Below, piece by piece: positions 28,324 through 38,017 of a DNA stretch of 39,348 bases. Location of the stretch: sequence record SRR33789315_111; one strand, given 5' to 3'. Every line of letters starts with the position of its first letter. The first letter of the stretch is position 1. Made by a program: the position numbers and the translations under genes. The notes below the pieces were generated by a model that had not been told where the DNA came from, did no database searches, and saw only the letters and a program-made list of their open reading frames with translations.

Positions 28324-28690
28324 CTCCTAGGCTTTTCACTCTATTCTTCATGGCGCAACTAGCTTGAAATATTGCTCCAGGCTCTACCGAAAGTTTATCT
28401 GTAACTACATCTCCTTCAATGTGCGAAGACTTCTTAAGGGCTAATAAATTTTTAACTTGTAAAACGCCGTTAAAAGTGCCTTCAATATCTGCATCTTTAC
28501 AAATCAAGGTGCCTTTAACTTTTCCATTTTTACCAATCACAACCTTTGCCTGACTTTCTATTTTCCCTTCTACCTCACCATCAATTCTAAAGCCGTTGTC
28601 AGAAGAAATATCACCTTTTAGTTTAGTCCCTTCACCTATACGATTCTGGATACTACCTAGATCTAAGACGTTGCCTCTTTCCCTTTTCAT
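28289..28690 (-). CDS. Bactofilin (polymer-forming cytoskeletal protein, CcmA family)
   Basis: IGEGTKLKGDI, RIDGEVEG, VIGKNG and LSVEPGAIF beta-helix repeats. Confidence 0.92.
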   Translation of the reverse strand: MKRERGNVLDLGSIQNRIGEGTKLKGDISSDNGFRIDGEVEGKIESQAKVVIGKNGKVKGTLICKDADIEGTFNGVLQVKNLLALKKSSHIEGDVVTDKLSVEPGAIFQASCAMKNRVKSLGDDIKKETEQSA

Positions 28691-28711
28691 CAATAATTTA
28701 TTTGATTATAG

Positions 28712-31243
28712 TTAGTTAATTGTTCTATTCTCATAAGATTTTAAATTCTTATGAATCTGCACAATTCTATAGTTTTCTGAAGTAATTGTCTTGGGCAAAT
28801 ATGTCCATTTATTTTTCTTTTCTCGACTCAAACGTTCATTAAAAGAAAGTGCTGCTCCTTCAGAACTAAATCCGTGTACAAGTATAAGCTTTCTCTTGCC
28901 ATCATAAAAATCTAATGAAATCTTGTATAATCCACTATAAAACAGATCATTATTTTTATTAAGTATTTCTTCAGCTTTATGTATTTCTTCTTCCTGAGCG
29001 CCATCAAAACTATAGTACAGCTTCCAATGTTCCTTGTTTTCGTCATTAACAAAAGTGCTGTCTTGTATTTGGGGAATTACTTCGGCAATGGTTTTTTCAG
29101 CCTTTTTACCTTCTACTTTATTAGGGTAATTAAGCGCAATGTAATTGAGCGCTTTTACATATTCATTAAAGCCTTTATATCTAGCAATTGCATTAGCGCG
29201 TAGTAATTCGAATTTAGGGACATAAGGCTCTCCTGTAAAACGTTCTATATACACACCAGCCAAATCAACCACTTCTGGATAGGCTTGATTTTCATATTTT
29301 GAATATAATTCTTGATAAAGCGCCTCTGGACTGCCTTCTGCTAACGCTAAAGCGACATCTGGATTTCTAATAATGGCTGCATAACGCGTATCTCCATAAT
29401 TATTTAAAATGTCTGTCTTATATTTTTCCTGTTTGTTTGCATCGCTCAATGCCTCATAGATTTGATAGAGGTAATATTTTGACGGAAGCACTAATCGCTC
29501 CTCAGGTTCAAATTGAAGGAGTGATTCTAGCCTATTTGCGGCCAACTCATTTTCTTTAAACTTTTCTTTATAGATTAAACCTAATTGATAATACGCAAAG
29601 TTTCGGTCTGTACTTAGGCTATCTATTTGTTGTGTTCCTGTAGGAATAGCACTCAAATAAGTGTCTATTTCATATTCGGGATGTAGGTCTATTTTATTTG
29701 CACCATCTTCTCCAGATGCAATTGTATTATTTACCGCAAAACTGTTTTTAGTGGAAAGCCTCCAGTTATCTTCTAGTTCACGTTTACCCCATCTTGTCTG
29801 AAACTGCATTTTTCCTTGAGCAAGTGCGGTTGTATTATAAAAATAAAATGGCCCAGAGGTACTTTGATTTTCTGTTTTATTATTAAAAAACTCATTGTTT
29901 GTAATAGCCAAAGTTTCTTGAGCTACACTATCTCGCTTGGCAGCTTCTTTTAAGGTGGCTATGTGCTTTTCGAAAAAGGTTGTTCTTTCAGATTCACTCA
30001 TAGCAACAAGTGTCAAAATACTGTCATTAACCTTTGCTATGCGCTCATAATTAATAACATCTTCCAGATTTTCTCGACGTTTTTTAATTCTTCTATATTC
30101 TCGAGAGCGTTCATCAATATGGGTTAGCGTACTGTCATAATAAGCTCCCGCCTTTTGATAAGCCGCAGCTTCAAAATCTAAATCACCAAGCACTAAATAA
30201 TTTCTGGATTTAAGATACTTGTCATCAGATTGTGTGCGTAAGGATCTATTATAATAGGCTACGGCAGAGTCTATCTCTTTCTCCTTAAGGTAGTAGGCTC
30301 CTAATTGATTATAAATACGATCCAAAAAAGGGCGGTTTTCTCTATCTTTTTCTAAATCTTTTAGCAGCTCAAAAAAAGCAATTTTATCACCATTTTGATA
30401 ATCAAAGTTTTTTGCTTTTGCGATATACGCATTAATCATGTAGTTACGAGGAGACTTCCTGTTTAAAGCAATTACCTCATCGTAAGCCATATTTGCGCTA
30501 TCTGCCTTTTGAAGCGCATCATAGAGTTGTCCCTTTATATAAAGATATCTTCCGCGCTCCTCGTTGTTATGGGTATAAGTTGCTGCGTTATTAATCTTAA
30601 CAAGTGCGCTGTCTTTCTGGTTGAGATTGACATAAGCCTGCCCAATCATCGCGTAGGCATCTGCTATGTCTTTGTCTGTTAACTTTTCGCCTTTGAGTAA
30701 TTTTTCTAATTTATCAATAGCAATTTCATTATTGTCTAATCTAATATTGGTTTTTTCTTTCCAAATTTTAGCTTGCGCAATACTATTACTGGTTGGATAA
30801 AAAGCTAATATGTAGTTGAAGGCTTCTAGCGCTCTAACAAAACGTTGATCAAAATACCGCGCTTTCCCAAGCATCATAAAGGCTTCATCTATTTGTGGGT
30901 TGCGCTCCTCACCATTAATTTCCATACTGTGTTTTTGTATGGCTTTAATGGCTTTTTCTTCAGCGCGCTCAAAATCTGGGTTGTTATTTTGACCTTCAAG
31001 TTGATCATCGGGAATAGGTTCTAAGCGTTCTACAGGTAAGATTTCCCAGAAATTATCCTGAAAAGAGCCTATCAATGCTTTTTTACCTTGATCTAGTGCA
31101 AGGCCTCCGTTATAAAGCGTGTTATATTCTGCTGTTACCGCGTGAGCATTACGGCTCAAAAAGGTGTCATTCTTACGGGAGCAACCCCAGAAGAAAACAG
31201 TAGTTAAAACAATTAAAAGTCCTTTTTTAACGATGGCGTACAA
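28712..31243 (-). CDS. sprE: T9SS/gliding TPR lipoprotein SprE (PorW family)
   Basis: Lipobox FWGC-SRKNDTF, YNTLYNG, KAIKAIQKHSM, FYFYN...WGKRELEDNWR and TPR repeats. Confidence 0.85.
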   Translation of the reverse strand: MYAIVKKGLLIVLTTVFFWGCSRKNDTFLSRNAHAVTAEYNTLYNGGLALDQGKKALIGSFQDNFWEILPVERLEPIPDDQLEGQNNNPDFERAEEKAIKAIQKHSMEINGEERNPQIDEAFMMLGKARYFDQRFVRALEAFNYILAFYPTSNSIAQAKIWKEKTNIRLDNNEIAIDKLEKLLKGEKLTDKDIADAYAMIGQAYVNLNQKDSALVKINNAATYTHNNEERGRYLYIKGQLYDALQKADSANMAYDEVIALNRKSPRNYMINAYIAKAKNFDYQNGDKIAFFELLKDLEKDRENRPFLDRIYNQLGAYYLKEKEIDSAVAYYNRSLRTQSDDKYLKSRNYLVLGDLDFEAAAYQKAGAYYDSTLTHIDERSREYRRIKKRRENLEDVINYERIAKVNDSILTLVAMSESERTTFFEKHIATLKEAAKRDSVAQETLAITNNEFFNNKTENQSTSGPFYFYNTTALAQGKMQFQTRWGKRELEDNWRLSTKNSFAVNNTIASGEDGANKIDLHPEYEIDTYLSAIPTGTQQIDSLSTDRNFAYYQLGLIYKEKFKENELAANRLESLLQFEPEERLVLPSKYYLYQIYEALSDANKQEKYKTDILNNYGDTRYAAIIRNPDVALALAEGSPEALYQELYSKYENQAYPEVVDLAGVYIERFTGEPYVPKFELLRANAIARYKGFNEYVKALNYIALNYPNKVEGKKAEKTIAEVIPQIQDSTFVNDENKEHWKLYYSFDGAQEEEIHKAEEILNKNNDLFYSGLYKISLDFYDGKRKLILVHGFSSEGAALSFNERLSREKKNKWTYLPKTITSENYRIVQIHKNLKSYENRTIN

Positions 31244-31334
31244 ACCTTAATAAATTATATCTTAAAACTAAAAAACCATGCTTTTAGTATGAAAAGCCCG
31301 TAAAAATACAAGACTTCAAGCAGAATATAACAAA

Positions 31335-32084
31335 TTAAGATTCAGAATCACCTTCTTCTACTGGGATGTCTGCTTCCACAACCGTTTCTGTACCACTAAA
31401 GTAATTCTCTAATTCTTTCAAGGTGGCAGGAGAGGTGATAATATCTTTCACCTGTTTTCCTTTTTCAAGGACAACAATACGCTCACAAACCTCAGTGACG
31501 TGACTCAAATCGTGACTGGAAACCAGTACCGTAACATCAGACTCTGTTGCTAGTTTTCTAATGATACCTTTCAGTCTAATTTGAGTGGTGGGATCAAGAT
31601 TAGCAAAAGGCTCATCGAGTACGATCACCTCGGGATTTCCTATTAAGGTCGCGACAATACCTACTTTCTTTTGGTTTCCTTTAGAAAGATCTCTTAAGTA
31701 TTTGCGCTTCCCTATGATTTCGTCATTAAAAAAATCTTCAAAGCCAGCCAGTAGCGTGTCAACATCTGCTTTGTTTTGACCTCTTAAATCTCCAATAAAG
31801 TAGAAGTATTCCTCCGGTGTGAGATATCCTATCAAAAATGACTCATCTATAAAAGATGCCGTGTAGTTTTTCCAGTCCTCACTCTCATGTACCTTAACTA
31901 CACCATTTGTTATATGCCCTGTTGTAGGTCTAATTAAATCTAATAGGCAGTTAAAAAAAGTAGTTTTTCCTGCGCCATTGTTACCTACTAAGCCAAAGGC
32001 TTCTCCTTTTGGGATTTCCAGATGGTCTAATTCCAGTACGGTAACACCGTTATACGACTTTGATAAATCTTGTACAGTTATCAT
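31335..32084 (-). CDS. ABC transporter ATP-binding protein
   Basis: GNNGAGKTT, LSKGN signature, VLDEP and SSH. Confidence 0.95.
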   Translation of the reverse strand: MITVQDLSKSYNGVTVLELDHLEIPKGEAFGLVGNNGAGKTTFFNCLLDLIRPTTGHITNGVVKVHESEDWKNYTASFIDESFLIGYLTPEEYFYFIGDLRGQNKADVDTLLAGFEDFFNDEIIGKRKYLRDLSKGNQKKVGIVATLIGNPEVIVLDEPFANLDPTTQIRLKGIIRKLATESDVTVLVSSHDLSHVTEVCERIVVLEKGKQVKDIITSPATLKELENYFSGTETVVEADIPVEEGDSES

Positions 32085-32087
32085 AAA

Positions 32088-33557
32088 TTAGTTGTTTTGT
32101 TTGTAAGCGGCTATTGTTTTGTACTTCTCAGCCTTATATACATTTTCTATTTTTCCGAACACATAATCTCTAAAAGCAAAGCCTATTAGTCCTGCTAATG
32201 CGACAAGTGCAAAGCCCAATAGATTTCCTCCAATAAAATCACCCACCGCATATAAAACAATAGGAAGAAGCAATTTTGGAATCGTCAACAAAAGGGTTTT
32301 CATATTAAATGCCTTTTTATCACCAAAGGCTTTTTTTCCACTGGTTAGGTCTATAGGCGTTTTCACGAAAGCCCCACCCAACATAACCAGATGCGAATTA
32401 ACACCCATATTGTATATGGCTCCTACAACTACTGCGGCATAAGCCTTCCACCCAAAATAGAGATAAAATGCGCTCACAATTGCAGAAACAGCCGTAGCAA
32501 TAACAATTAACCACCATTTTGAAGCTAAATATTCTTTGTACTTGATGTTTTGACTCATCATTAAGGGATAATATGAACTATCCCAACTGGGAACAAATTG
32601 CCCAAACGTAAATAGAAAACCACCCGAAACAAATATTCCGGCAAAAATCTTCATATAGTCATTATCATAAGCTTCTATACTGCCCGTAAAAAACAGAAAA
32701 CCATAGAACAAAAACAGTATGCTCATAAAAATCGTTGAGCGCGAGCGTTTATTTCGTTTAATCAGTTTGATATCATTTTTCAAAAAGGTAGCTATTTTTC
32801 CAAAACGATTCAGCCAGTCCATATTCTCTGTAGCTGCAATACTTTGTTTACTGGCCAGTCCCGCATCTAGATACATCCTGCTTGAAAAATAATTGTAGGC
32901 AATTCTAGCTACAACAATAAGTAGAATTAACGGAATCAACCAGAGCCACCAATGCGCATATAGTGCCTGGAAAAAAGAAAAGGTATAGGCCGTAATATCA
33001 AAATATCCCTTAAAATGCAAAAAGCCCAAGCTTGCAATTATCGTCCCAACAATGATAACAACGATATCTCTATCATTTAAAAACACATTGATAAAGTTGT
33101 TGATATAAATTAAACACATTATTCCTAAATTCCATGTGAGTATACCTACGGGATCGTGACCCTCTTTAAGTAGGATAACACTAAATGGAATAAAGAAAAA
33201 AAGATGATATATATTAAAAAAAGATATTGCAGTCTTGCCTAGTGCATAGTTGACTATTTTATTCTTTTTAAACGGAAGCAAGAGCAACGGCTTAATATTA
33301 ATTATAGGCATTTTTTGACCAAAATACCTGAGAATTAAATCAAAAGCAAAATAATAAATAAGCAACTTATTTATAGTTTCAAATGGAGGAAGGCCGGCTT
33401 TGTCTATCAAATAATAAGCCCCAACACCTAAGGCAAGAAACATAAAAATAAAATAAAGTGCTCCCAGCACCATTAATATTTTAATGATCAAATTAGTATT
33501 GAAAGAGGCAGATCTAAAAAAACTTTTCCACTCGAGACTAATAAAGTGTTTTAACAT
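32088..33557 (-). CDS. ABC transporter permease (DUF5687-like)
   Basis: Two blocks of TMs. LEWKSFFRS, IKPLLLLP and KLIKRNKR motifs. Adjacent to the ATPase. Confidence 0.75.
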   Translation of the reverse strand: MLKHFISLEWKSFFRSASFNTNLIIKILMVLGALYFIFMFLALGVGAYYLIDKAGLPPFETINKLLIYYFAFDLILRYFGQKMPIINIKPLLLLPFKKNKIVNYALGKTAISFFNIYHLFFFIPFSVILLKEGHDPVGILTWNLGIMCLIYINNFINVFLNDRDIVVIIVGTIIASLGFLHFKGYFDITAYTFSFFQALYAHWWLWLIPLILLIVVARIAYNYFSSRMYLDAGLASKQSIAATENMDWLNRFGKIATFLKNDIKLIKRNKRSRSTIFMSILFLFYGFLFFTGSIEAYDNDYMKIFAGIFVSGGFLFTFGQFVPSWDSSYYPLMMSQNIKYKEYLASKWWLIVIATAVSAIVSAFYLYFGWKAYAAVVVGAIYNMGVNSHLVMLGGAFVKTPIDLTSGKKAFGDKKAFNMKTLLLTIPKLLLPIVLYAVGDFIGGNLLGFALVALAGLIGFAFRDYVFGKIENVYKAEKYKTIAAYKQNN

Positions 33558-33669
33558 AGATGCTGATTTAGGATGGTAGATTATGAATTCTTCTGAATTA
33601 GTAGGAAAAATACCAAAATGTTACACGCTTACAAAGCCGGGTTGTATTTTTGGTCAAATTTTATTCACT

Positions 33670-34719
33670 ATGAGCGATTTTCATACGCTAACCATACAAA
33701 ACATCCATAGAGAAACTCCAAGCGCTGTCACGCTTACCTTTGGCGTGCCAGATGCCTTAAAAGAAGTCTATCAATACAAAGCAGGACAATATATCACTCT
33801 TAAAGCCGAGATTAACGGTGAAGAAGTACGCAGAGCTTATTCTTTATGCTCAGCACCCTCAAGTGGGCTGCTTCAGGTGGCCGTAAAAGAGGTAGAAAAT
33901 GGTACTTTTTCTGTATTAGCAAACAATAAACTCACCGTAGGACAATCTATAGACGTGCATACGCCAGAAGGAAAATTTATTTTTGTGCCTAACGGCGAAA
34001 GGCAAGCCAGCTACGCAGCCTTTGCTGCTGGAAGCGGTATAACGCCTATACTTTCTATCATAAAATCTGTGCTCATAGACGAACCCAAAAGCACGTTTGT
34101 GCTTGTTTATGGTAATAGATCTCTTGAGGGAACTATGTTTCATAAGGTACTTCTTGAGCTTCAATTAGAATATCCTGATCGGTTTTTTGTAGAATTCTTC
34201 TACAGCAGAACTCAGGAGCCTAATTCTAATTTTGGAAGAATAGAACGCTCAACCATTAACTATGTGGTAAGAAATAAATTTAAAGCACACCAGTTTAGTA
34301 AATTTTTCCTCTGCGGACCAGAACCTATGATTAATCTGGTTGCAGAAGTGCTCGAAGATAAAGGAACACCTAAAGAAGATATTCTTTTTGAGCTGTTTTC
34401 CAGTAGTGCCACAGCAGAAGTTAATGCAGCCTTAGATGGAAATACTGCCCTAACTGTAATTTGTGACGATGAGGAATTTAACCTTACCATGCCGCAAAAC
34501 AAAGTAATACTCGATGTAGTCCTAGAAGCTGGTATTGATGCTCCGCATTCCTGTCAAGGCGGTATTTGTAGCAGCTGTATTGCGCGTATAACCTCGGGAA
34601 CGGCTACAATGCGTAAAAATCTTATTCTAACAGATGAGGAAGTAGAAGAAGGATTAATACTTACTTGTCAGGCACATCCAACCTCTGCTACTATAACTAT
34701 AGATTATGATGAGGTTTAA
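33670..34719 (+). CDS. FNR-like reductase with C-terminal 2Fe-2S ferredoxin (PaaE-like)
   Basis: RAYS (FAD), AAGSGITP, LCGP and CQGGICSSC...LTCQ. Start at 33670, after a TATTTTTG -7 element at 33645-33652. Confidence 0.9.
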   Translation: MSDFHTLTIQNIHRETPSAVTLTFGVPDALKEVYQYKAGQYITLKAEINGEEVRRAYSLCSAPSSGLLQVAVKEVENGTFSVLANNKLTVGQSIDVHTPEGKFIFVPNGERQASYAAFAAGSGITPILSIIKSVLIDEPKSTFVLVYGNRSLEGTMFHKVLLELQLEYPDRFFVEFFYSRTQEPNSNFGRIERSTINYVVRNKFKAHQFSKFFLCGPEPMINLVAEVLEDKGTPKEDILFELFSSSATAEVNAALDGNTALTVICDDEEFNLTMPQNKVILDVVLEAGIDAPHSCQGGICSSCIARITSGTATMRKNLILTDEEVEEGLILTCQAHPTSATITIDYDEV

Positions 34720-35750
34720 TTCATAACAGATTTTATGCGTGCTAAAATTAGCTCTGGCTTAATAGTGCGCATAACCTGTTCATATCCTTGCGGAATCTTG
34801 TTTCCATAAACCGATGTAGGTATCAGCGGGAATTGGTTTCTATCTACAGTAATTTGATTTTCTTCGGGCTGATTGTAAGGTACAAAACCCAAATAAGGAT
34901 GTGTGACTCCCCAAATTGTTATTACCGGAACTCCAAACATAGCGGCTAAATGACCATTGCCACTATCCATAGAAAGCATAGCGTCTAATCGTGAAATGAC
35001 AGCTAGTTGCTTTTCGAACTTAAAATCTTTAGCAACATTCATAACACTACTATATTTTGAAGCTAAAATATCAAGTTGATCAACTTCTGATTTTCCACCA
35101 CCAAAAAGCATAATTTTATATGTGCCGTCCAGTTCTTTAATAACTTCCTCTAGAAGATCAAGCGGATACATTTTACCAGAATGAGCGGCAAAAGGGGCAA
35201 TGCCCAACCATTTTTTGTGTCCTTTACCCAATTTTAAAACCACATCAGCATCAAGCGTCATTGGGCTACAAATATCTTGAGGAATAAGATTAAGCGGCAT
35301 TCCCAAATGCTTAAATACATAAGCATACCGTTGATGACCAGAAAGCAACGGTTTAAAATCTGTTTTAATAGGTTGGGTGAGTTTGGCTTTTTCTTTTCTG
35401 CCCTTATCTAGCCTATAAACAGGCGTGTTTATACATTTAAAAAAGCCACCAAGTATCTGAGATCTCAAGACATTATGTAAATCTGCAACAGCATCTATTT
35501 GAAGTTCTTTGAGTTCGAGAAATAAGCGCCGAATGCCTAAAAACCCCTTATGTTCTCCCTTTGTATCTACTTTACAAAAAGTGACATTAGGCAAATTATT
35601 AAATAAGGGTTGGTGAAATGCTTTTGAAAGTACCGTGATTTTAACATCAGGATACATTCTGTTTAATGCAAGAATAACAGGAACTGTCATCGCTACGTCA
35701 CCCAATGCAGAAAGCCTAATTAAGAGGATATGCTTGAGTGGTTTCATCAT
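34716..35750 (-). CDS. Glycosyltransferase family 9 (LPS core heptosyltransferase-like)
   Basis: LIRLSALGDV, DLHNVLRS and MDSGNGHLAA...WGVT. Confidence 0.9.
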   Translation of the reverse strand: MMKPLKHILLIRLSALGDVAMTVPVILALNRMYPDVKITVLSKAFHQPLFNNLPNVTFCKVDTKGEHKGFLGIRRLFLELKELQIDAVADLHNVLRSQILGGFFKCINTPVYRLDKGRKEKAKLTQPIKTDFKPLLSGHQRYAYVFKHLGMPLNLIPQDICSPMTLDADVVLKLGKGHKKWLGIAPFAAHSGKMYPLDLLEEVIKELDGTYKIMLFGGGKSEVDQLDILASKYSSVMNVAKDFKFEKQLAVISRLDAMLSMDSGNGHLAAMFGVPVITIWGVTHPYLGFVPYNQPEENQITVDRNQFPLIPTSVYGNKIPQGYEQVMRTIKPELILARIKSVMN

Positions 35751-35775
35751 AAATTACTAAAAGAAGAAGATATTT

Positions 35776-36384
35776 TTATTTCAAGTTGCGCAATACTGGG
35801 TTAAGCTCATTATCATTATACATTTTCATTTGCTTATAAACCTTCATATACTTATCACCGCTTTTAATATCTTTAATAAGCATATCTATTGCAGTTGATA
35901 AGTCTGCATGTTGCTCTAAGAGGATGTCTAATTTGCTTTGACATGCTATGCGGTGTTGTGCTGTGGCATTTACTCGCAAAGATTCTTCCCGCATATGGTA
36001 AATTTTAAGCTCAAGAATTGAAAGCCTATCTATTGCCCACGCTGGAGATTCTGTATTAATAGAAGCACATTCTGTTGGCGCTACATCTTTATATTTGGCT
36101 AGAAAATAACTATCTATAAACTCAACCATATCTGTACGGTCTTGATTAGATGCATCAATTTTTCGCTTTAGCGCTAATGCCGCAACGGGATCAATTTGCG
36201 GATCTCTAATAAGATCTTCATAATGCCATTGAACAGTATCTATCCAACACTTGTGATATAATAAATGCTCTATATGGTATACTTTATTGTCATAGGGGTT
36301 TTTAAACTCTTGATCTACACTATCTACTATGTGATATGTATCTATAGCTTCACGAAAAACTTTTGTTGCCTTATGTGCTATCAT
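35776..36384 (-). CDS. DUF4254 domain protein
   Basis: WIDTVQWHYED, KRKIDASNQDRTD, NTESPAWAIDRLSIL and YKQMKMYND. Confidence 0.85.
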   Translation of the reverse strand: MIAHKATKVFREAIDTYHIVDSVDQEFKNPYDNKVYHIEHLLYHKCWIDTVQWHYEDLIRDPQIDPVAALALKRKIDASNQDRTDMVEFIDSYFLAKYKDVAPTECASINTESPAWAIDRLSILELKIYHMREESLRVNATAQHRIACQSKLDILLEQHADLSTAIDMLIKDIKSGDKYMKVYKQMKMYNDNELNPVLRNLK

Positions 36385-37382
36385 ATATTTTTTTCTAATA
36401 TGTGTAAATATTCTGTCGTGGCAGAAGCCTTATGATTACGGTTTTCGGTTTTATCTGCTTTAAAGCGCTGATAAGCCTTGGTAACCAAATTATAACTACC
36501 GTAACGTTGCATTATTTCTTGTACTACTTTTTTTGACATTAACCCTTCGTTGTTGTAACTCAAAAAGATATATCTAAAGTTAGCCGCTGAAATGATTTCC
36601 TCAAAAGCTTGTTCAACCTCACCTGTTCTACAAAATGCACTCTTGTTATATTGGGGTAAGCCAGTAATGCCTTTGGGTACAAAGGTATTATATATTGCTA
36701 TTGTATTTAATAAATGGTAATTGGCACCATATTGTCTTGCATTATAAGGCGGGTCTAAATACAATATATCTCCTGAAATGGTTTTGATTAACGCATTTGC
36801 ATCTGCATTATATACCTGGTGAGCCTGCGAAGTTTTTTCAAAATAGGCTGGTTTAAGTACTAGCTCCCGTTGTGCAGATTTTTTAATCTTTTTTAGAAAA
36901 GCTCCATATACAGAAGCTGTATTGGCTACTTTATCCAAACTTTCTAATAAGGAAGCAAGTAGAAAAAAGTACTCGTCTTCATTTATCTTTCCTTCTTTTT
37001 TCCATATTTCAAGGGTTGTTCTTATGGCATCAGCCTTTTGCCCATTATGAGCAGAAAAATACATTCTGCCACCCGAACCGCCATCTGCATATTCATTATA
37101 AATAAATCCCTTTATGGGCTTTAGCGCATTGAGTTCGTCAAAAAGAGGTTCTATATTTAATGCCTTGTGATTGCCTATATAATTTCGATTAAGCACATAA
37201 CTGTAATACTCCAGATCATTGGCAATAACTTGTTTTGCTTCGGTTTTAAATGTTCTTCCTACAATACCCGTTCCTGCAAAAAGATCACAAAAAACCAGCT
37301 CATTAAGTGCTTCTCCACATGTTTGTTTAACATGTTCTAAAAGCCAACTAGAAAGTTTGTTTTTTGATCCTATATAATTCAT
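36381..37382 (-). CDS. D12-class N6-adenine DNA methyltransferase, M.NlaIII-like (predicted CATG)
   Basis: MNYIGSK, DLFAGTGIV (motif I), DKVANTASVYGAFLK, YLDPPYNARQYGANYH (motif IV) and LSYNNEG. Closely resembles M.NlaIII/M.HpyI as recalled. Confidence 0.88.
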   Translation of the reverse strand: MNYIGSKNKLSSWLLEHVKQTCGEALNELVFCDLFAGTGIVGRTFKTEAKQVIANDLEYYSYVLNRNYIGNHKALNIEPLFDELNALKPIKGFIYNEYADGGSGGRMYFSAHNGQKADAIRTTLEIWKKEGKINEDEYFFLLASLLESLDKVANTASVYGAFLKKIKKSAQRELVLKPAYFEKTSQAHQVYNADANALIKTISGDILYLDPPYNARQYGANYHLLNTIAIYNTFVPKGITGLPQYNKSAFCRTGEVEQAFEEIISAANFRYIFLSYNNEGLMSKKVVQEIMQRYGSYNLVTKAYQRFKADKTENRNHKASATTEYLHILEKNI

Positions 37383-38017
37383 CGAGTAGCCCAAATAATA
37401 TCCGAGAAAATAGGTTTTTCTGGATTGAGTTGTAGTTTAATAAGATTTGCGGGCGCAAAAGTAGTTACATAATCCTCAACAATACTCTTTAACCAGGATA
37501 TTTCTGCTTTCAGTTTATAGTGTTCTCCTTCTCGATTGTGTACAACTAGAAATAATCGGTTTTCAAGGTGGTATCTCTTTTGCTTGCTTTGGTTATTATA
37601 AAACCACAAGGTTAATGCTTTTGGATTTGCTTTCGCGAAAGCGATCTCTTTCCCAAACCCTTTAGGAAACTTAGAGGTTTTCAAATCAAATTGAATACCG
37701 TCAATCGCAAAATCTACTAACCTATCTTTTTTATTTATTGCGGGAATAACTTGTGGCATGTTTTTAAAAATCTGCTCCACCGCAATCGCACTCCAGAAGT
37801 TGTACCAACGATTTATTGCGTAATAAAAGAATTCTTTTTTATTGAGTTTGTGCGTTTTTACCGCCAGTGCAATGTGTTTAATTAATTCTTCAAAATCTAT
37901 CACGGTATAAATAAACTGAGAATATGCATCCCAACTATCATTTTGCTTCCTAAACCATAAATCTGGATACGGCCATCTTTTTTTAAGTTCTGCTTCTATG
38001 TAGTCTAAATCTGCCAT
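37379..38017 (-). CDS. Putative PD-(D/E)xK restriction endonuclease
   Basis: E...VDF-X7-DLK (VEQIF...VDFAIDGIQFDLKTS) catalytic-like motif. Coupled to the MTase by an ATGA overlap. Start MADLDY at 38017. Confidence 0.55.
   Translation of the reverse strand: MADLDYIEAELKKRWPYPDLWFRKQNDSWDAYSQFIYTVIDFEELIKHIALAVKTHKLNKKEFFYYAINRWYNFWSAIAVEQIFKNMPQVIPAINKKDRLVDFAIDGIQFDLKTSKFPKGFGKEIAFAKANPKALTLWFYNNQSKQKRYHLENRLFLVVHNREGEHYKLKAEISWLKSIVEDYVTTFAPANLIKLQLNPEKPIFSDIIWATR

Noticed and set aside
36381-38017. Mobile element or prophage carrying the R-M genes
   Set aside because: No transposase, integrase, terminal repeats or target duplication, and no obvious composition shift by eye.
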